NCBI GenBank assembly: GCA_965112155.1 | Contig: OZ218100.1 | Strand: one strand, 5' to 3' | Length of the DNA: 64,000 bases | Origin: Podarcis liolepis | Lineage: Eukaryota | Shown here: piece by piece, positions 1 through 12,176 of the stretch | Layout of the letters: every line of letters starts with the position of its first letter | Position numbering within the stretch: the first letter of the stretch is position 1 | The notes under the pieces: generated by a model | Seen by the model: the letters and a program-made list of their open reading frames with translations, nothing else | Databases searched by the model: none | Told to the model about the DNA's origin: nothing | Position numbers and translations under genes: made by a program

Positions 1-152
1 CTCTATGAATAACCATATTCTTTAAATTTGAAAATACAGAATGATCACATCTTCTCTGGTGTTGGAAACATATAAGCTGATCAACAATCAGAGACCCAAT
101 TCCTTATTTTCTGGGTGTTTTTGTCTTTTTAAATACATGATACTTAATTTAC

Positions 153-156
<4 letters not shown>

Positions 157-187
<31 letters not shown>
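157..187. repeat. (AC)n microsatellite
   Basis: Direct observation. Confidence 0.95.
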
Positions 188-190
<3 letters not shown>

Positions 191-463
191 TAATTATGCC
201 TTCTATCAATAGGATTTGCTTCGGATCTGAGTGGCCACTTATAGGCATGATCACATTAGATCTTATTTTGAGAGCTGTGGTTAAAAAAATAGAGAAATTT
301 AAGAATAGAATCCAAGTGATTTTCTGTAACAGCAAAATTCAGTTCCTTAGACTGCAATCCTAAACACACTTATTCTACAGTGAAACACAAATAGATCGGC
401 TTCAAGTTACTTCCATGGTGAGAGAAAGATACCACTAGCTCTCTGAGGGGGATGAGCTGAGGG

Positions 464-1314
464 TAGGGTTGCCACCAGTACTAAGAAAAATATGTCCACC
501 ATTTTTGGAGAAAAGTGTCCCCTGTCCTGTTTGGACTTTAAAAGGGACACATTTTTAATATATTTATGCTCCTCCTTCAAACTGTGTGGGCAGAAGGTGG
601 GTCTGTTGGGAGGAGGAGAGCAAAAGCCTGAGCAGGAGTTTCTGTGGGCAGAGTGTGGGTTCATGAGGAAAAGAGGCAAGAGTGAGAGCAGGAGTTATCA
701 CAGAATGCAGGCAGAGGGTGAGGTGGGGCCAGGAGGAGGAGTTTGAGAAAGTTTTTGCATGGGCAAAGGGTGGGTTGTGGAGAGCGATGTAGCATGTGCC
801 TGCTATGGTGGAGTCTCAGGTTTTCCATGGGTTGGGAAGGGGCAGCAGGTGGGTTGGAGAGTGAGAGAGGGGGGGTTTGCAGGGGGGCTGGTCTGCTGCA
901 GAAGAGAAAGAGTTATTGCGCGGGCAAAGGGGGTGGGTCAGACTCGGAGAGCAAGTGAGGGGGTTTGCACAGCCCTGGTGGAGAGCTGGGGAAAAGAAGT
1001 TTTACATGGGCAGAGCAGGTGGGTTGGAGATGGAGGTTTGAGCAGGCTTGGTCCGCCCAACCGATAGAGAGCAGGGAGGGATTGGGAAAGAGAGTTGTTG
1101 AACAGGCAGAGGTGCATATTTTTCTTATAGTTGTAAATCATAGTGCTTTTGTTGTTGTTTTCATTCAATAATGTAAACCCTGTGTGACATTGTAATGGAT
1201 TGCTTTGACGTCATTTCTGCGCCAGGGAAAGTACGGTAATTTTTAGCCCCTCAACTCCCCCCCCCACCTTACCAACCTGTCCTTTAGTTTGCCTGACCAA
1301 AGGTGGCAATTCTA
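464..1314. mobile_element. hAT-like non-autonomous DNA transposon with a purine/G-rich degenerate repetitive interior
   Basis: Termini TAGGGTTGCCACC / GGTGGCAATTCTA. Flanks gctgaggg / gcttgaag form only a degenerate TSD. Confidence 0.55.
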
Positions 1315-2489
1315 GCTTGAAGATATGCAACTGATATGTGCATGTCAGCCTCTGCAAATCACAAATACTGGGTATGTTTTTACAGTATTTTTCAAAAAGT
1401 GTTGCTCCTACATATTACAGTGTTAGCCATGGTGGCATGTGATGCCATAATTTCTCATCATTTATTGAATGGCTCTGGTGTTTCAGATTAATATGTTTAT
1501 AAACAAGGTGTTTGCTCCCACAAGGAATGATCAGTGGTAGCTCTCCATTTTTTGACACCACTGAAATTGACTGATTTAGTTGTTCAGATCCAAACATATT
1601 GCCCAGAGTTGGCTTTCATTCCAAATAAACTTAGGTTTTATATTCAGCAGGCATGATTATTCATAATGCTATGGGTTGATAACTGAAAACCACAAGCCTT
1701 TCATTAAAATATAGAAACTACATACACAGCTGTACTCAAACCACTGTGAAACATTATGCCTGTCTAAAATACACAGAAATGTTGGCAAGCAATCTTGCAG
1801 GGTCTGCTTGAATATTACAATATTAGGCAGACATTAAAGATGGATTACACCATACAGTGCTAAACTCCAATTAGTTTAAAATTTTAAAATGTTATTATCA
1901 ACCAAGACCAGCTGATTTTAAAGATATGTTTAGGACAAAATAGATTATGTTTCATGGCAGGGCTACAAACAATTGAAACCGATGATACATTAACTGCTGC
2001 AAACTAAGAAAAATGAAAACAAAACTTCTGCCCTTTATAACATTCCAAATGTTAGAAACATAACCAATAATTATCAATACATGACAGCTAAAATGCTGAA
2101 AGAGAAAAACCCTAGCCTTTCATAGTCGGGTTACTTATTATGCTCATATATGCTCATATATATTTTTAAATATTACAAATAGTTCAGTTCTTAAATGGGC
2201 TGAATATCAAGCCTAAATACTCTTACAAATTTCCAAGAAGATACTCCCGCTTTTCTTACCAAGAAGGAAGCACAGTCTTTGCTGTGGGGAAAACAGTCTA
2301 TTTGGAGAGAGTATGTGTCAGAACTTATGCTGATGTGTGTAGATGAACAGACCGTTCTGGGAACAGGCAGCGTATAGAACTAGCAGTCTACTGGGACAAA
2401 AAGAGTTTTAAAAAATACGCCACCCACAAATATAATATTAATTAGGCGATCTAACATGAGTTTGAATTTTATTTACCGGTATGTATTAT

Positions 2490-2700
2490 TTATCTATTAC
2501 AGTTATACCTCAACTTTCCTCCAAAGAGCTCAAGGTGCTGTAGTTCTTCTCCTATTTTATCCTCACAACAACCCTGTGAGGTAGGCTAGACTGAAAGACT
2601 GTGACTGGCATAAGGTCACCCAGTCAGTTTCATGGCTGAGCAGGGATTTGAACCCTGGTCTCCCAGGTCCTAGTGCAACACACAAACTACTAGACCACCT
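2490..2700 (-). mobile_element. tRNA-derived SINE (squamate MIR/L2-tail type)
   Basis: Reverse-strand B-box (ggatttgaaccc on +), core 'cctcacaacaaccctgtgaggtagg', and an A/T tail. Similar to the copies at ~22515 and ~54908. Confidence 0.7.
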
Positions 2701-3329
2701 TGCCTCAAATCAGTGAGTCAGTGGGAAGCCAACGTGATGCCCTCCAGAAGTTGCTGGGCTCCAAATCCCACCAGTCCAGAATTTTCAAATGCCATGGATG
2801 ATGGGAATTGCAGTCTAACGGAATATTCATTGCCCCATGTTGGCTGCCCCTTGAGTTAACACATAAATAGTGACCACAGTTCAAAATTGTGCTGCTCCTA
2901 ATTTCCTCCACTCCGTCCAGTATGCAAATTAACACGCAGGATCTTCAATGGGAGAAGACATAGGCTAGCTAGAAAAATGGTGGTTTTGATGTGGAATGGA
3001 TTTAAACAGAAGAATGTGCTGCTCATAGATACAGAACTGTGAGCAGAGGCTGCATGTGCATGCTGCAGCTTCTAAAGGTTGTATGTGGATGCCAGCAGCA
3101 CTGTGGATCCAGTCACAGAGTGGTTTTCACTTCATAACATGTCGCCAGGAGCCATGTCATGCCTAAGTTCTGAAGTAGCCTGACACATCTACCCAGTATA
3201 TCAGTAAAATTTACCCCCCCCCCCAACAAAAAAGACTTAGGTGGAGGAATGAGACAGATCTATTGGTCTTTTCATATTTGACTTGTGAAATATCCAACAC
3301 TAAACAATCATTTTAGTTATCAGGTATTA

Positions 3330-3555
3330 CAGTGGTACGTCGGGTTACAAACACTTCGGGTTACAGACTCTGCTAACCCAGAAATAGTACCTTGGGTTAA
3401 GAACTTTACCCCAGGATGAGAACAGAAATCACGCACTGGCGGAGCAGCGGCAGCAGAAGGCCCCATTAGCTAAAGTGGTATCTCAGGTTAAGAACAGTTT
3501 CAGGTTAAGAACGGACCTCTGGAATGAATTAAGTTTGTAACCAGAGGTACTATTG
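3330..3555. mobile_element. Tc1/mariner (Tigger-like) MITE, family A
   Basis: TA|CAGTGGTAC...GTACTATTG|TA. Reverse-orientation homologue of the 44908 and 53754 copies. Confidence 0.85.
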
Positions 3556-4116
3556 TATTCAAACTGGGCTTCCTCCATGGCTTGATTGTCAGATAAAGAG
3601 ACATGTAAACCCTGCCATTTTATCACTGCCAACTGTCTAATCATCCCTGGTGATCACTACTCATTTGCTTCCTATAACACTGTCATATTCTATAACCTTA
3701 TCCAATTCCCACACTAATTAAAGCTCTCGGCTGACTGAAATCTGGCTTTCAATTTTTTTGTGCTAGCTATTGCTGTGCATGAATTGTGTTCCTCTCACAT
3801 ATTCTTGCTGGAAGTTAACATTTTATGTATTAATGTATACTTTACCGTCAAAATAATTCCAATAATTAGTTAGGCAATATTAGATAATGGTGGTGGAGGT
3901 GGTAAGATTTCTTACCTACCCTTCATTATAAGGTCCCAGGGTATGTTGAAAGTACAAAAACTGTACTTTTTTTAAAAAAAGTAAAACCAACCAACCATAG
4001 ACAACAATCATTAGGTTAATTAACAATTTTGAGTATTTTGAATATTATTTCAGATACAGAAATCAGCTTGACCTCACCTTAGTCAGATCAGAATAATCTT
4101 TATTTGCATCAGCCAC

Positions 4117-4463
4117 TAAAGGTAAAGGACCCCTGACCATTAGGTCCAGTTGTGACCAACTCTGGGGTTGCGGCGCTCATCTAGCTTTATTGGCCGAGGG
4201 AGCCGGCGTACAGCTTCAAGGTCATGTGGCCAGCATGACTAAGCTACTTCTGGCGAACCAGAGCAGCGCACGGAAACGCCGTTTACCTTCCCGCTGGAGC
4301 GGTACCTATTTATCTACTTGCACTTTGATGTGCTTTCGAACTGCTAGGTAGGCAGGAGAAGGGACCGAGCAACGGGAGCTCACCCTGTCATGGGGATTCG
4401 AACTGCCAACCTTCTGATTGGCAAGTCCTAGGCTCTGTGGTTTAACCCACAACACCACCTGTG
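4117..4463 (-). mobile_element. Sauria SINE, near full length
   Basis: (ACCTTT)n tail reads aaaggtaaagg on +. Diagnostic body 'ggtcatgtggccagcatgac...ggtacctatttatctacttgcac...ggggattcgaac'. TSD catcagccacta at 4107-4118 and 4516-4527. Confidence 0.92.
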
Positions 4464-4915
4464 TTTAACCCATCAGTCACTAGCCAGCACTAGCCACTAG
4501 CAGCGTGGTTTAACCCATCAGCCACTAGCCATAGCAATAAAATGTACTGAAGATAGAGGTCAAAACTTAACTATACAAAATACATTTTGGAGGTTTACAT
4601 CAGTAATCAAATAATAGACCTTGGTTTTCAACTACAGCATAGGAAGAAGCCACTGAACAAGATCTCAGTTGATGTTTGAAGCAGTTACTGTGCGAAGAAG
4701 GTCAGAAACGGGGGTTGTATTCAACCAACTTGTTGAACTAGTAGAAGCCAGCAAATGGACTCCTGCTAGTGCAATGGGACTCCCCTGCCTCTGCTCAGGT
4801 GCCCTTCTGTGCCCTCTCCAGATTTCCTTCGTAGACAACTGTAGAGAACCACCAAAAACAGCGGGGAGATGGTTCCATCAGACAAGAAGAAATGCTTGTG
4901 CTGATGGAACCATCT

Positions 4916-5065
4916 AATAGAATCATAGAATTGCAGAGTTGGAAGGGACCCAGAGGATCATCTGGTCCCGCTCCCTTCAATGCATGAATATGCAGCTGTC
5001 CCATATGGGGATTGAACCTGCAACCGTGGCATTATCAGCACCATGCTCTCTAACCAATTGAGCTA
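4916..5065 (-). mobile_element. tRNA-derived SINE with a CR1-type 3' tail
   Basis: 'agaatcatagaattgcagagttggaagggacc' is the reverse of the CR1 3' end; tRNA box 'ggggattgaacctgc...aaccaattgagcta'. Confidence 0.75.
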
Positions 5066-7262
5066 TGTGGACCTTAGTGCTATGTCGAATACAACCCTGT
5101 ATTTTATTTTTTGTTCATTCTCTTGCAGCCCTTTCTTCCTTTTCTATCATGCCTATTTGATTGTAATTTTGCAGGCAGCAATTGCATGTTTGTTTCGTCT
5201 TTTCAAAAATGTTGTATAGCTCCTAGAAACAATAAAAACAAGCCAACATTTCCATTCAGTCTTAATTAACACTAAGGACGGCGGTTCTCACATTTTTCTT
5301 CTAGTTCCTCCCCAAGCACAAGTTCCTGGTGGGTGGTCTGGACGGTAGGTCACTACTAGGTCACAGGTAGGTAGCTGCTGAACAACTGTTCCAATAATTG
5401 GAGAACAGGGTGAAGAAAAGGGCAAGGCAAGGAGAAACACTGATTTTTACACCTGGAGAGCTGAAGTATAAACTACAAGCTCTAAATCAATCAAAGGGCA
5501 GGGGTCATATTAGCAGCTGTAAGGCACAGTAATCAAGCGGGGCTTAGGATTCTAGGGGTGAGTCAAAGAGTTCAAGGTGGCACAGAGAAAGGTGTGTGTA
5601 GTGGTGGGAGAGACGAGGTTGAAGAGCTTGCAAAAGCAGACTACTTGGATGAACCCTTGTAAACTATGAAGTTAGGATAACTGCCAACAATGGAGAAGGC
5701 AATGTACTGTGAATCAAGAAAAACCATCTTCCAAATGCTAAAGTTGCACGCACCCTGGCTAAACAAATGGTCTGCCGACTATGTAAGCAGGAGAGCTATT
5801 AAAAATGTGGCAGTGTGTACTAAACAGTGGGGATTTGCATAGTATTTATTTATGCGGCGGTTTTTTCCTCTTTCTTCAATTCAAAGATGGATTCCAGGGC
5901 AGTAAGCATTAAAAAGTTCAAATTATGGTAGCGTGAATGATAACAGAGTGTATTATAATATATATATATAGTGCAGCTATTGATGGTCCAAGAACTGCTT
6001 CACAGGAGGAGGGCATATTTAGGAGAGCTTTGAAAGAAGCGAAAAAGGCAGCTTGATGGATAGAGATAGCAAATCTGATTAGACTAACATAAAGCAATTG
6101 GGAAGTCATCCATTAACTTCGCCACAGAAGATTGATTCGTTGCAGAGGGGATGCAGTCAGTTCCACAGGACAGTGGAAAAGCTTGGATGTGATAGGTACG
6201 AAAAATCTAATTTTCATCCTATTTACTAGAGCTAGTGCAAGGGGAAAATAGCTTGTTCTCCGAGGGAACTAATGAAGTGTGATGAATTATGTGAAGATGA
6301 AAGATTAAATTAAGAGGAAAAATAGGAAAATGGGATAACACGAAGAAAACAAATGGAACTATTACTTCAGGCTCTGCAAAACACTTCCATAATGGAAATT
6401 TAGTTACTGCACATCCAACATCTACTGTATAAATAACTGCAGGAAGTTTTCCTCAGAGAATGCTGAAGAAAACAAAAACAAAAAAGCAAAATGTTTTCTT
6501 CATAGTACCAAATCCTACATATCATTATTTCAAATAATCAAGATGAATAATTCTTACTCAGAAGTTTTCAAAACAAGGTGGATGCCTGAGATGGGCAGTA
6601 ATAAAATATGTATTATCAGAGCTTGATTATGACTTTGAGGTATTTCTTATAGATAATAAGTCATACAACCTGTGTTGGAAGTACAGGCTTCATTGCAGTT
6701 CCCTACTTAAAATGGCTGTTTTCAAGGATGGGATAGAGACTTGCTTCTTTATGCATTCACCCTTTTTAGGTGTGGATCTAAACATGCAATGGATGGATGG
6801 ACATGACAAATAGATTCTAAAAATTTGCCCAGTATAGGCATGGCTGTGGCTCCTCATGGTTAGGTTCTGTATCCTAGAGACACTGTAAATGGAGAATAAT
6901 GTGGTCCTACTTTGGAAGTATAGCTCAGTTCTCACATTCACCACTTTTGAAATGGTAAAGCCACAAGTTTTGCCTTCCCAATTTTTTGGAGACCCATAGA
7001 TGTCATATACACTTTAAAATTTTAGCTTCCAGTAGTTCGTCAAGAACTGGTGATTATCGGAGAAACGGAAATTTATCATGGAATAAGCCTTGACATTGAT
7101 TTTGAATAGTCACATCATGGTGAGTTTACCACACCAAAATGGAACAAAGAAATAGCGCACAGAAAAACTATCATTTTGGCCTAAGGAGTCATCCAGCCTA
7201 AATGGCTGTCAGATCACAATATAGGGAAAAAAAAATTCCTGGCCAAAATCAGTGTTGCAATA

Positions 7263-7665
7263 CAGATGACTTACAATTTGTGCAGGGGTTAGGTTGTGGG
7301 GATTGCACATATAGGTGAAATTGTGTGCAGCCAAATCAACCCTGTAAATGTCCCCGCATAATCACCCCTACCTTTCTGGAGCCAGTTTATCAAGTGGGTC
7401 TCACCCCACATGCAAGGTGGAGAGCTTTTAAGTTTTCTGCCTTGCTTACCAGCTCTGGGACATGTCCCGCGGGAGCTTCCCAGAGCCTGGTAAGCAAGGC
7501 ATAGATCTTAAAAACTCTCTCCACAGCAGGACAACCCAGCACAGGAAGAGCTTTTAAGCTCTCTGCCTTGTGTGTGTTTAATTTGTGCCATTGCAGCTGG
7601 CTGGCTGCCAAGTGTGTAAAGCTGTGAGCGCACAAGTGAAATGCGTACAAGTTGTGAGTTGACTG
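7263..7665. mobile_element. Older Tc1/mariner-like MITE with an internal long palindrome
   Basis: TA-flanked degenerate TIRs CAGATGACTTACAATTTG / CAAGTTGTGAGTTGACTG. Inverted repeat at 7419-7522. Confidence 0.5.
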
Positions 7666-7723
7666 TATATTTGCATATGAAGATCTCCAAATGCCTCCAC
7701 TGACAACGCTGGACCTATTAGCA

Positions 7724-8043
7724 CAGGGGTCAGCAAAGAGTTTCAGCAGGGGGCCAGTCCACTGTCCCTCAGACCTTGTGGGGGGCCAGACTATATATGT
7801 GGGGGGGAATGAATGAATTCTTATGCCCCACAAATAGCCCAGAGATGCATTTTAAATAAAAGCACACATTCTATTCATCTAAAAACAACTGGCAGGCGCC
7901 ACAAATAACCCAGAGATGCATTTTAAACAAAAGGACACATTCTACTAATCTAAAAACACACTGATTCCTGGACTGTCCATGGGCCGGATTTAGAAGGTGA
8001 TTGGGCCGGATCCGGCCCCCGGGCCTTAGTTTGCCTTCCCATG
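7724..8043. mobile_element. hAT MITE
   Basis: TIRs CAGGGGTCAGCAAA / TTTGCCTTCCCATG. Perfect 8-bp TSD tattagca (7716-7723, 8044-8051). Internal direct duplication 'cacaaata.cccagagatgcattttaaa'. Confidence 0.9.
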
Positions 8044-8051
8044 TATTAGCA

Positions 8052-8275
8052 CCTCTGAACTGCAAACATAATCATTTATTGTGAGTGCAACTTCCTGCAA
8101 AAAAGCCTGAACACCACACAGCTTGGGGGGGAAGGGACACACACAAAACACCTCAATATTATCTGGACTGAGTCTTAGTCTATTGGATCTCATCCAGTCC
8201 ACTAGTGTACCAAAGCACTCATCTGGCACCTCCTTCTGAAACTGGCCATCCAGTAAGAGCAGAACCATTACAGTG
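8052..8275 (-). mobile_element. Degraded L2-type LINE ORF2 fragment
   Basis: Translation 'ECFGTLVDWMRSNRLRLSPDNIEV' resembles the L2 RT C-terminal motif WMxxNxLxLNxxKTE. Confidence 0.6.
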
Positions 8276-9647
8276 TAGGTCCTTCAATCCCCAACTCTGA
8301 TTGCCTATCTAGAAAGGTACTATGGTTGATAGTAATGAAAGTAGCTGAGGGGTCAAGTAAATCAAGTGAGATGCATTCCCCTTGTCCCTCTCTCATATCA
8401 CAAGGTAACCAAAGCTGTTACCTTGCTTTGGATCTAGAAGGGACCTAGAACTGGCTAACAACCACTTGCCAAGGAAGGGAATGTTTGCAACTGGCCTATA
8501 GCACTTTGAAGAATGCAATTTAAAAGCAACAATGAAAACAACAACATGAAATCCCTCTACTCTAACTTAAATCTACCAAACAAAGGATAAAGTAATGGAA
8601 GTTTAAATTGCATTGAAGAAGATTAAAGTTGTGTCAAAACTACTAATGGTGCATACATGTAAATCCTCTGGATTTGAAATGTAGCTCTAAAGAAACAAAA
8701 GGGGGGGGGGGGAGGAAAAAGTGCCTTGAGCTAGCAAACAGATCACTATTAGCAGCTCTGTGTAGATGAAGAGTTTTAATGGGAAGCATATATTCTCACC
8801 ACTAGAATAATTAATTACTGGCTTCTTTTCTTCCCACTGCAACATTTAGCCAGTTATAAACACTTTTCTGTTTATGAATGTACTTTTGATTACATTCAAC
8901 GTCACTTTTGACACCACACTAAAAATATATCCTCATAGATGTAAGCTCAGAAAAGGGAGACACCAACAGCTTTCGAAACTGAAGCTTGTGGATAAGGATA
9001 ATATATTAAAGAAATGAGGATGTTGTTGTGTCGCTAAATGACTTCCAGTTGTCCATATGCCCAGAAGCATAAATCTAAGAAAAAGCTTTGCTGATTGTAG
9101 CACATAAGGAGAGCACTTGGGGCAATAGCACAGATGCCACAGCTACACTTTCAATCTAGGAGCTGGATTGAGAAGGGGGAGGGCGGGCAGTGAGAGGAAG
9201 CGGTCGGTAAAATGATTTAAGATACCCAGGATATAATGGGATGAGTTGGAGAAGCCAGCATTTGTTATGTTAGAGGACAGGAGTATTAGGATTGTGGTTG
9301 ACAAATCTTTAGCTGCTTGAATGGTTTAGGACTGCATTCAGCTTTCTGAGCCTATTAGTATCTTCTTGATTCCCAGTTTTGCAGATTTCTGGGGATTTCT
9401 ACACAACATATGGGTTAGCATTAAGAGCATTAAAGATTTATAAATTTGTATCATCACGATAAAGCGCACAAAGAGATGAAATATGCACATGGTTGGGTGT
9501 AATCCTCATACTGCTCAGGCTTGAATTAAACCAAAGACCCATTCATAGTCTAATACCGTTAAAGAGAAACGAGAGAAAGAAATATCATTTAAGTTTATTC
9601 ATACTAGCTTCAGGTGCCATGAACATAGCCCCAAGGCTTTCAATGTA

Positions 9648-9898
9648 CAGTCGTACCTTGGATCTCAAAGGTCTTGGCTCCTGAACAAATTGGCTCCCGA
9701 ACAATCAAAATGCAGAAGTGAGTGTTCCGGTTTTTGAACAATTTTTGGAAGCTGAACGTCTGGTGTGGCTTCTGTGGCTTCCAATTGGCTGCACGATGTT
9801 CCTCCAGCCAATCAGAAGCAGTGCCTTGGTTTTCGAATGGTTCCAGGAGTCAAATGGACTCCCGGAACACATTCTGTTTGAGAACTAAGGTACGACTA
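9648..9898. mobile_element. Tc1/mariner (Tigger-like) MITE, family B
   Basis: TA|CAGTCGTACCTT...AAGGTACGACTA|TA. Homologous to 15118-15356. Confidence 0.85.
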
Positions 9899-10789
9899 TA
9901 CAGATAATACACAGTCCAAGTAAATACCCCGTATTTACCCAGCCTACACAAACTGACCCAATGATTCACTCATTCACATTTCACACATGTGACTTAACTA
10001 TTTTAAAAAGAAGTGATCGTTATTTTTCAATCCCTACACAAATATGTGATGACTGTCAATATGAAGGATGGAACTTTTAATCATGGATCTTCATTCATTT
10101 CTCTAGCTAAATCAATGCCAAAGCCATTCCAGTCAGGAGAATTCTATGTACATGAATTGTCACCATATATCTATATGTCAGCTATTCAGTGTAATCTGTA
10201 ACTTTGTGTGACACTTAATACTACTTGTGTATCTAACTGGTTAAATACAAATGGAGTACATACAGGAAATGAAACTTGCCATTTATTTTTAGTAAACAAC
10301 TCCCTCTAGGGAGCATGAAAAACAAATCTGGTTTCAAGTAGATGCTCTTTGAATACAAACAAATCCACAAAGAATATAATTCTTCTGGGAAACACACTAG
10401 AAGGCATGTCACAACATACATAAAAGTGTGCATCAATATTTTATATATCCTGTGGGAAAACTGACACTAGCCTTCAAAGATGTTTAACCACACTGAAAAT
10501 AAGTTGAGAACTGTGTATCTCACAACCTAATTTCTAATAGAAGTCTCTTTATCAGGTATTTTATAAACCTACTTCTCCACTCCTCTGATGATCTTTTTGC
10601 ACAATTCACTGAGAAGTGTGCAATTACACAGCCCAATTATACAGCTAGCAGATAAGAAATAGCATATAATTTTAGGATTAGTGCTAACTTCATTAAAAGT
10701 ACTTTCATAAATAAGAAGCACAGCCTGACTGACAACATTACTGTCAGGCCTATTTTGCAAGAAAATAACCAAGTCCAATGTCACAACAG

Positions 10790-10982
10790 GGAAAGTGCCA
10801 TAGCTGAGTGGTAGAGACTCTGCTCTGTTTGTAGAAGGTCTCAGGTTCAATCCCTGATATCTAGGTAGGGCTGGAAGATGCCTCTGCCTGAAACCATGAG
10901 CAGCTTCTGCCAACCTGTGTAAGCAATACTGACCTACATGCCCTGATGGTGTGACTCAGTATCAGGCAGCTTACTATGTTCC
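10790..10982 (+). mobile_element. tRNA-derived SINE
   Basis: A-box 'tagctgagtggtagag', B-box 'ggttcaatccc'. Reverse homologue at ~27195-27390. Confidence 0.75.
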
Positions 10983-11520
10983 AATAAAGGCAAAAACAGT
11001 TGCAGGGATGCAAACCAATAAAGTTTCAGAGAACTTCATTAAAAAATGAATTGCGAAGCAGGCTAAAGAATAGGATACAGTTTACTGCAAACAGAACTAA
11101 TATGGTGCCCAACAGATACTACAAAGAACAGTGTAGGTCTCTCTATGTCATAAAAATGTGATTTTTCAGAGTATGCTTAGAGCAGGGCGGTCCAATTTTT
11201 TATATCAAGTGGGCTGCAAGAGTACTTTGACATGGAACTCATGGGCCGCACACTGTCTTGTTGTGTGGCGGTGGGGAGCAAGACCAAAATTTGACACCCC
11301 CCCCCCAAAGCCAGGTAAGTAAGATGCTGAGCTTTGGGAAGGAGGCACGAAGCTCTGGCAGGGTCCTACAGCCCTCCCACCTTCTCCTCAAAGCTGCGAA
11401 AGAGGTAACTAGGCTTTGGGAAGGAGGGTGGAGAACTCTAGGCCCCTGTCAGAGCCCTCACACCTCCTTCCCAAAGCCCAGCACCTCACCTGGCTTTGGG
11501 AAGACAGCACAAGGGTGGTG

Positions 11521-11924
11521 TGTTAGGAGCTCCTACACTCGAGTAGGACCCTGGCAGAGACACATGCCCAACTGACATGTTCTCTCCCTCCTGATCGATT
11601 GTTCAGGAGCTTCAAAAGCTTTCTTCAGTCTGAACATCACAGCAACTGATGCCAACAGACACTGGCACACTTAGGGATCCGCAGAGTCTTCGCAGCTTGT
11701 GTAATAGACCTCAGCAACATACACGGAGCACTGCAACATGGCTCATTCTCTCTCTAGCATCAGACAGCAAAGAGAAAAAACAAAGGACAACAGTCCCACT
11801 TCAAGGAACACAGTAACACAAACATCCTGTCTCCGTCACTTCCCACTTTGTGAAGTCAAAACATACACCGTCATGTGAAAGACAACGATCCCATGATTGC
11901 AATCAGCGAGCAGGAATTCTAACA
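11521..11924. mobile_element. Solo LTR (404 bp) nested in the hAT element
   Basis: Termini TGTTAG...CTAACA. Perfect 5-bp TSD tggtg (11516-11520, 11925-11929). Confidence 0.8.
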
Positions 11925-11925
11925 T

Positions 11926-11926
<1 letters not shown>

Positions 11927-11959
<33 letters not shown>
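11927..11959. repeat. (GT)n microsatellite contiguous with the LTR TSD
   Basis: Direct observation. Confidence 0.95.
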
Positions 11960-11962
<3 letters not shown>

Positions 11963-12176
11963 TGTTGCCACAGGTTGCATGTTGAACTGCCCTGGCTTGG
12001 AGAGCTCCTACTGCAGCCTCAGAACAAAAAAATGTATCTTCAGAACTAATGGCCACATGTATTAGTCTAATGTGGAACAATCTACATCCTGATAAAAAAT
12101 GCCATGGTTTTCATTCTTCTTATTTTGCCCTTCATTCTTAAAAGAAGCTATGGTAGTTGTTTCTTAAACTGTAGGC

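Larger units (their letters stand above)
11183..11994. mobile_element. hAT non-autonomous element containing palindromic modules and a nested solo LTR
   Basis: TIRs CAGGGCGGTCCAA / TTGAACTGCCCTG. TSD gcttagag / gcttggag (7/8). Confidence 0.8.

Noticed and set aside
2260-2281. 22-nt minus-strand segment with strong splice sites (ttttccccacAG / TTG|GTaaga)
   Set aside because: Frameshifting length and no homology to PTPRK. Such pseudo-exons are common in long introns; junction reads would be needed to call it a poison exon.
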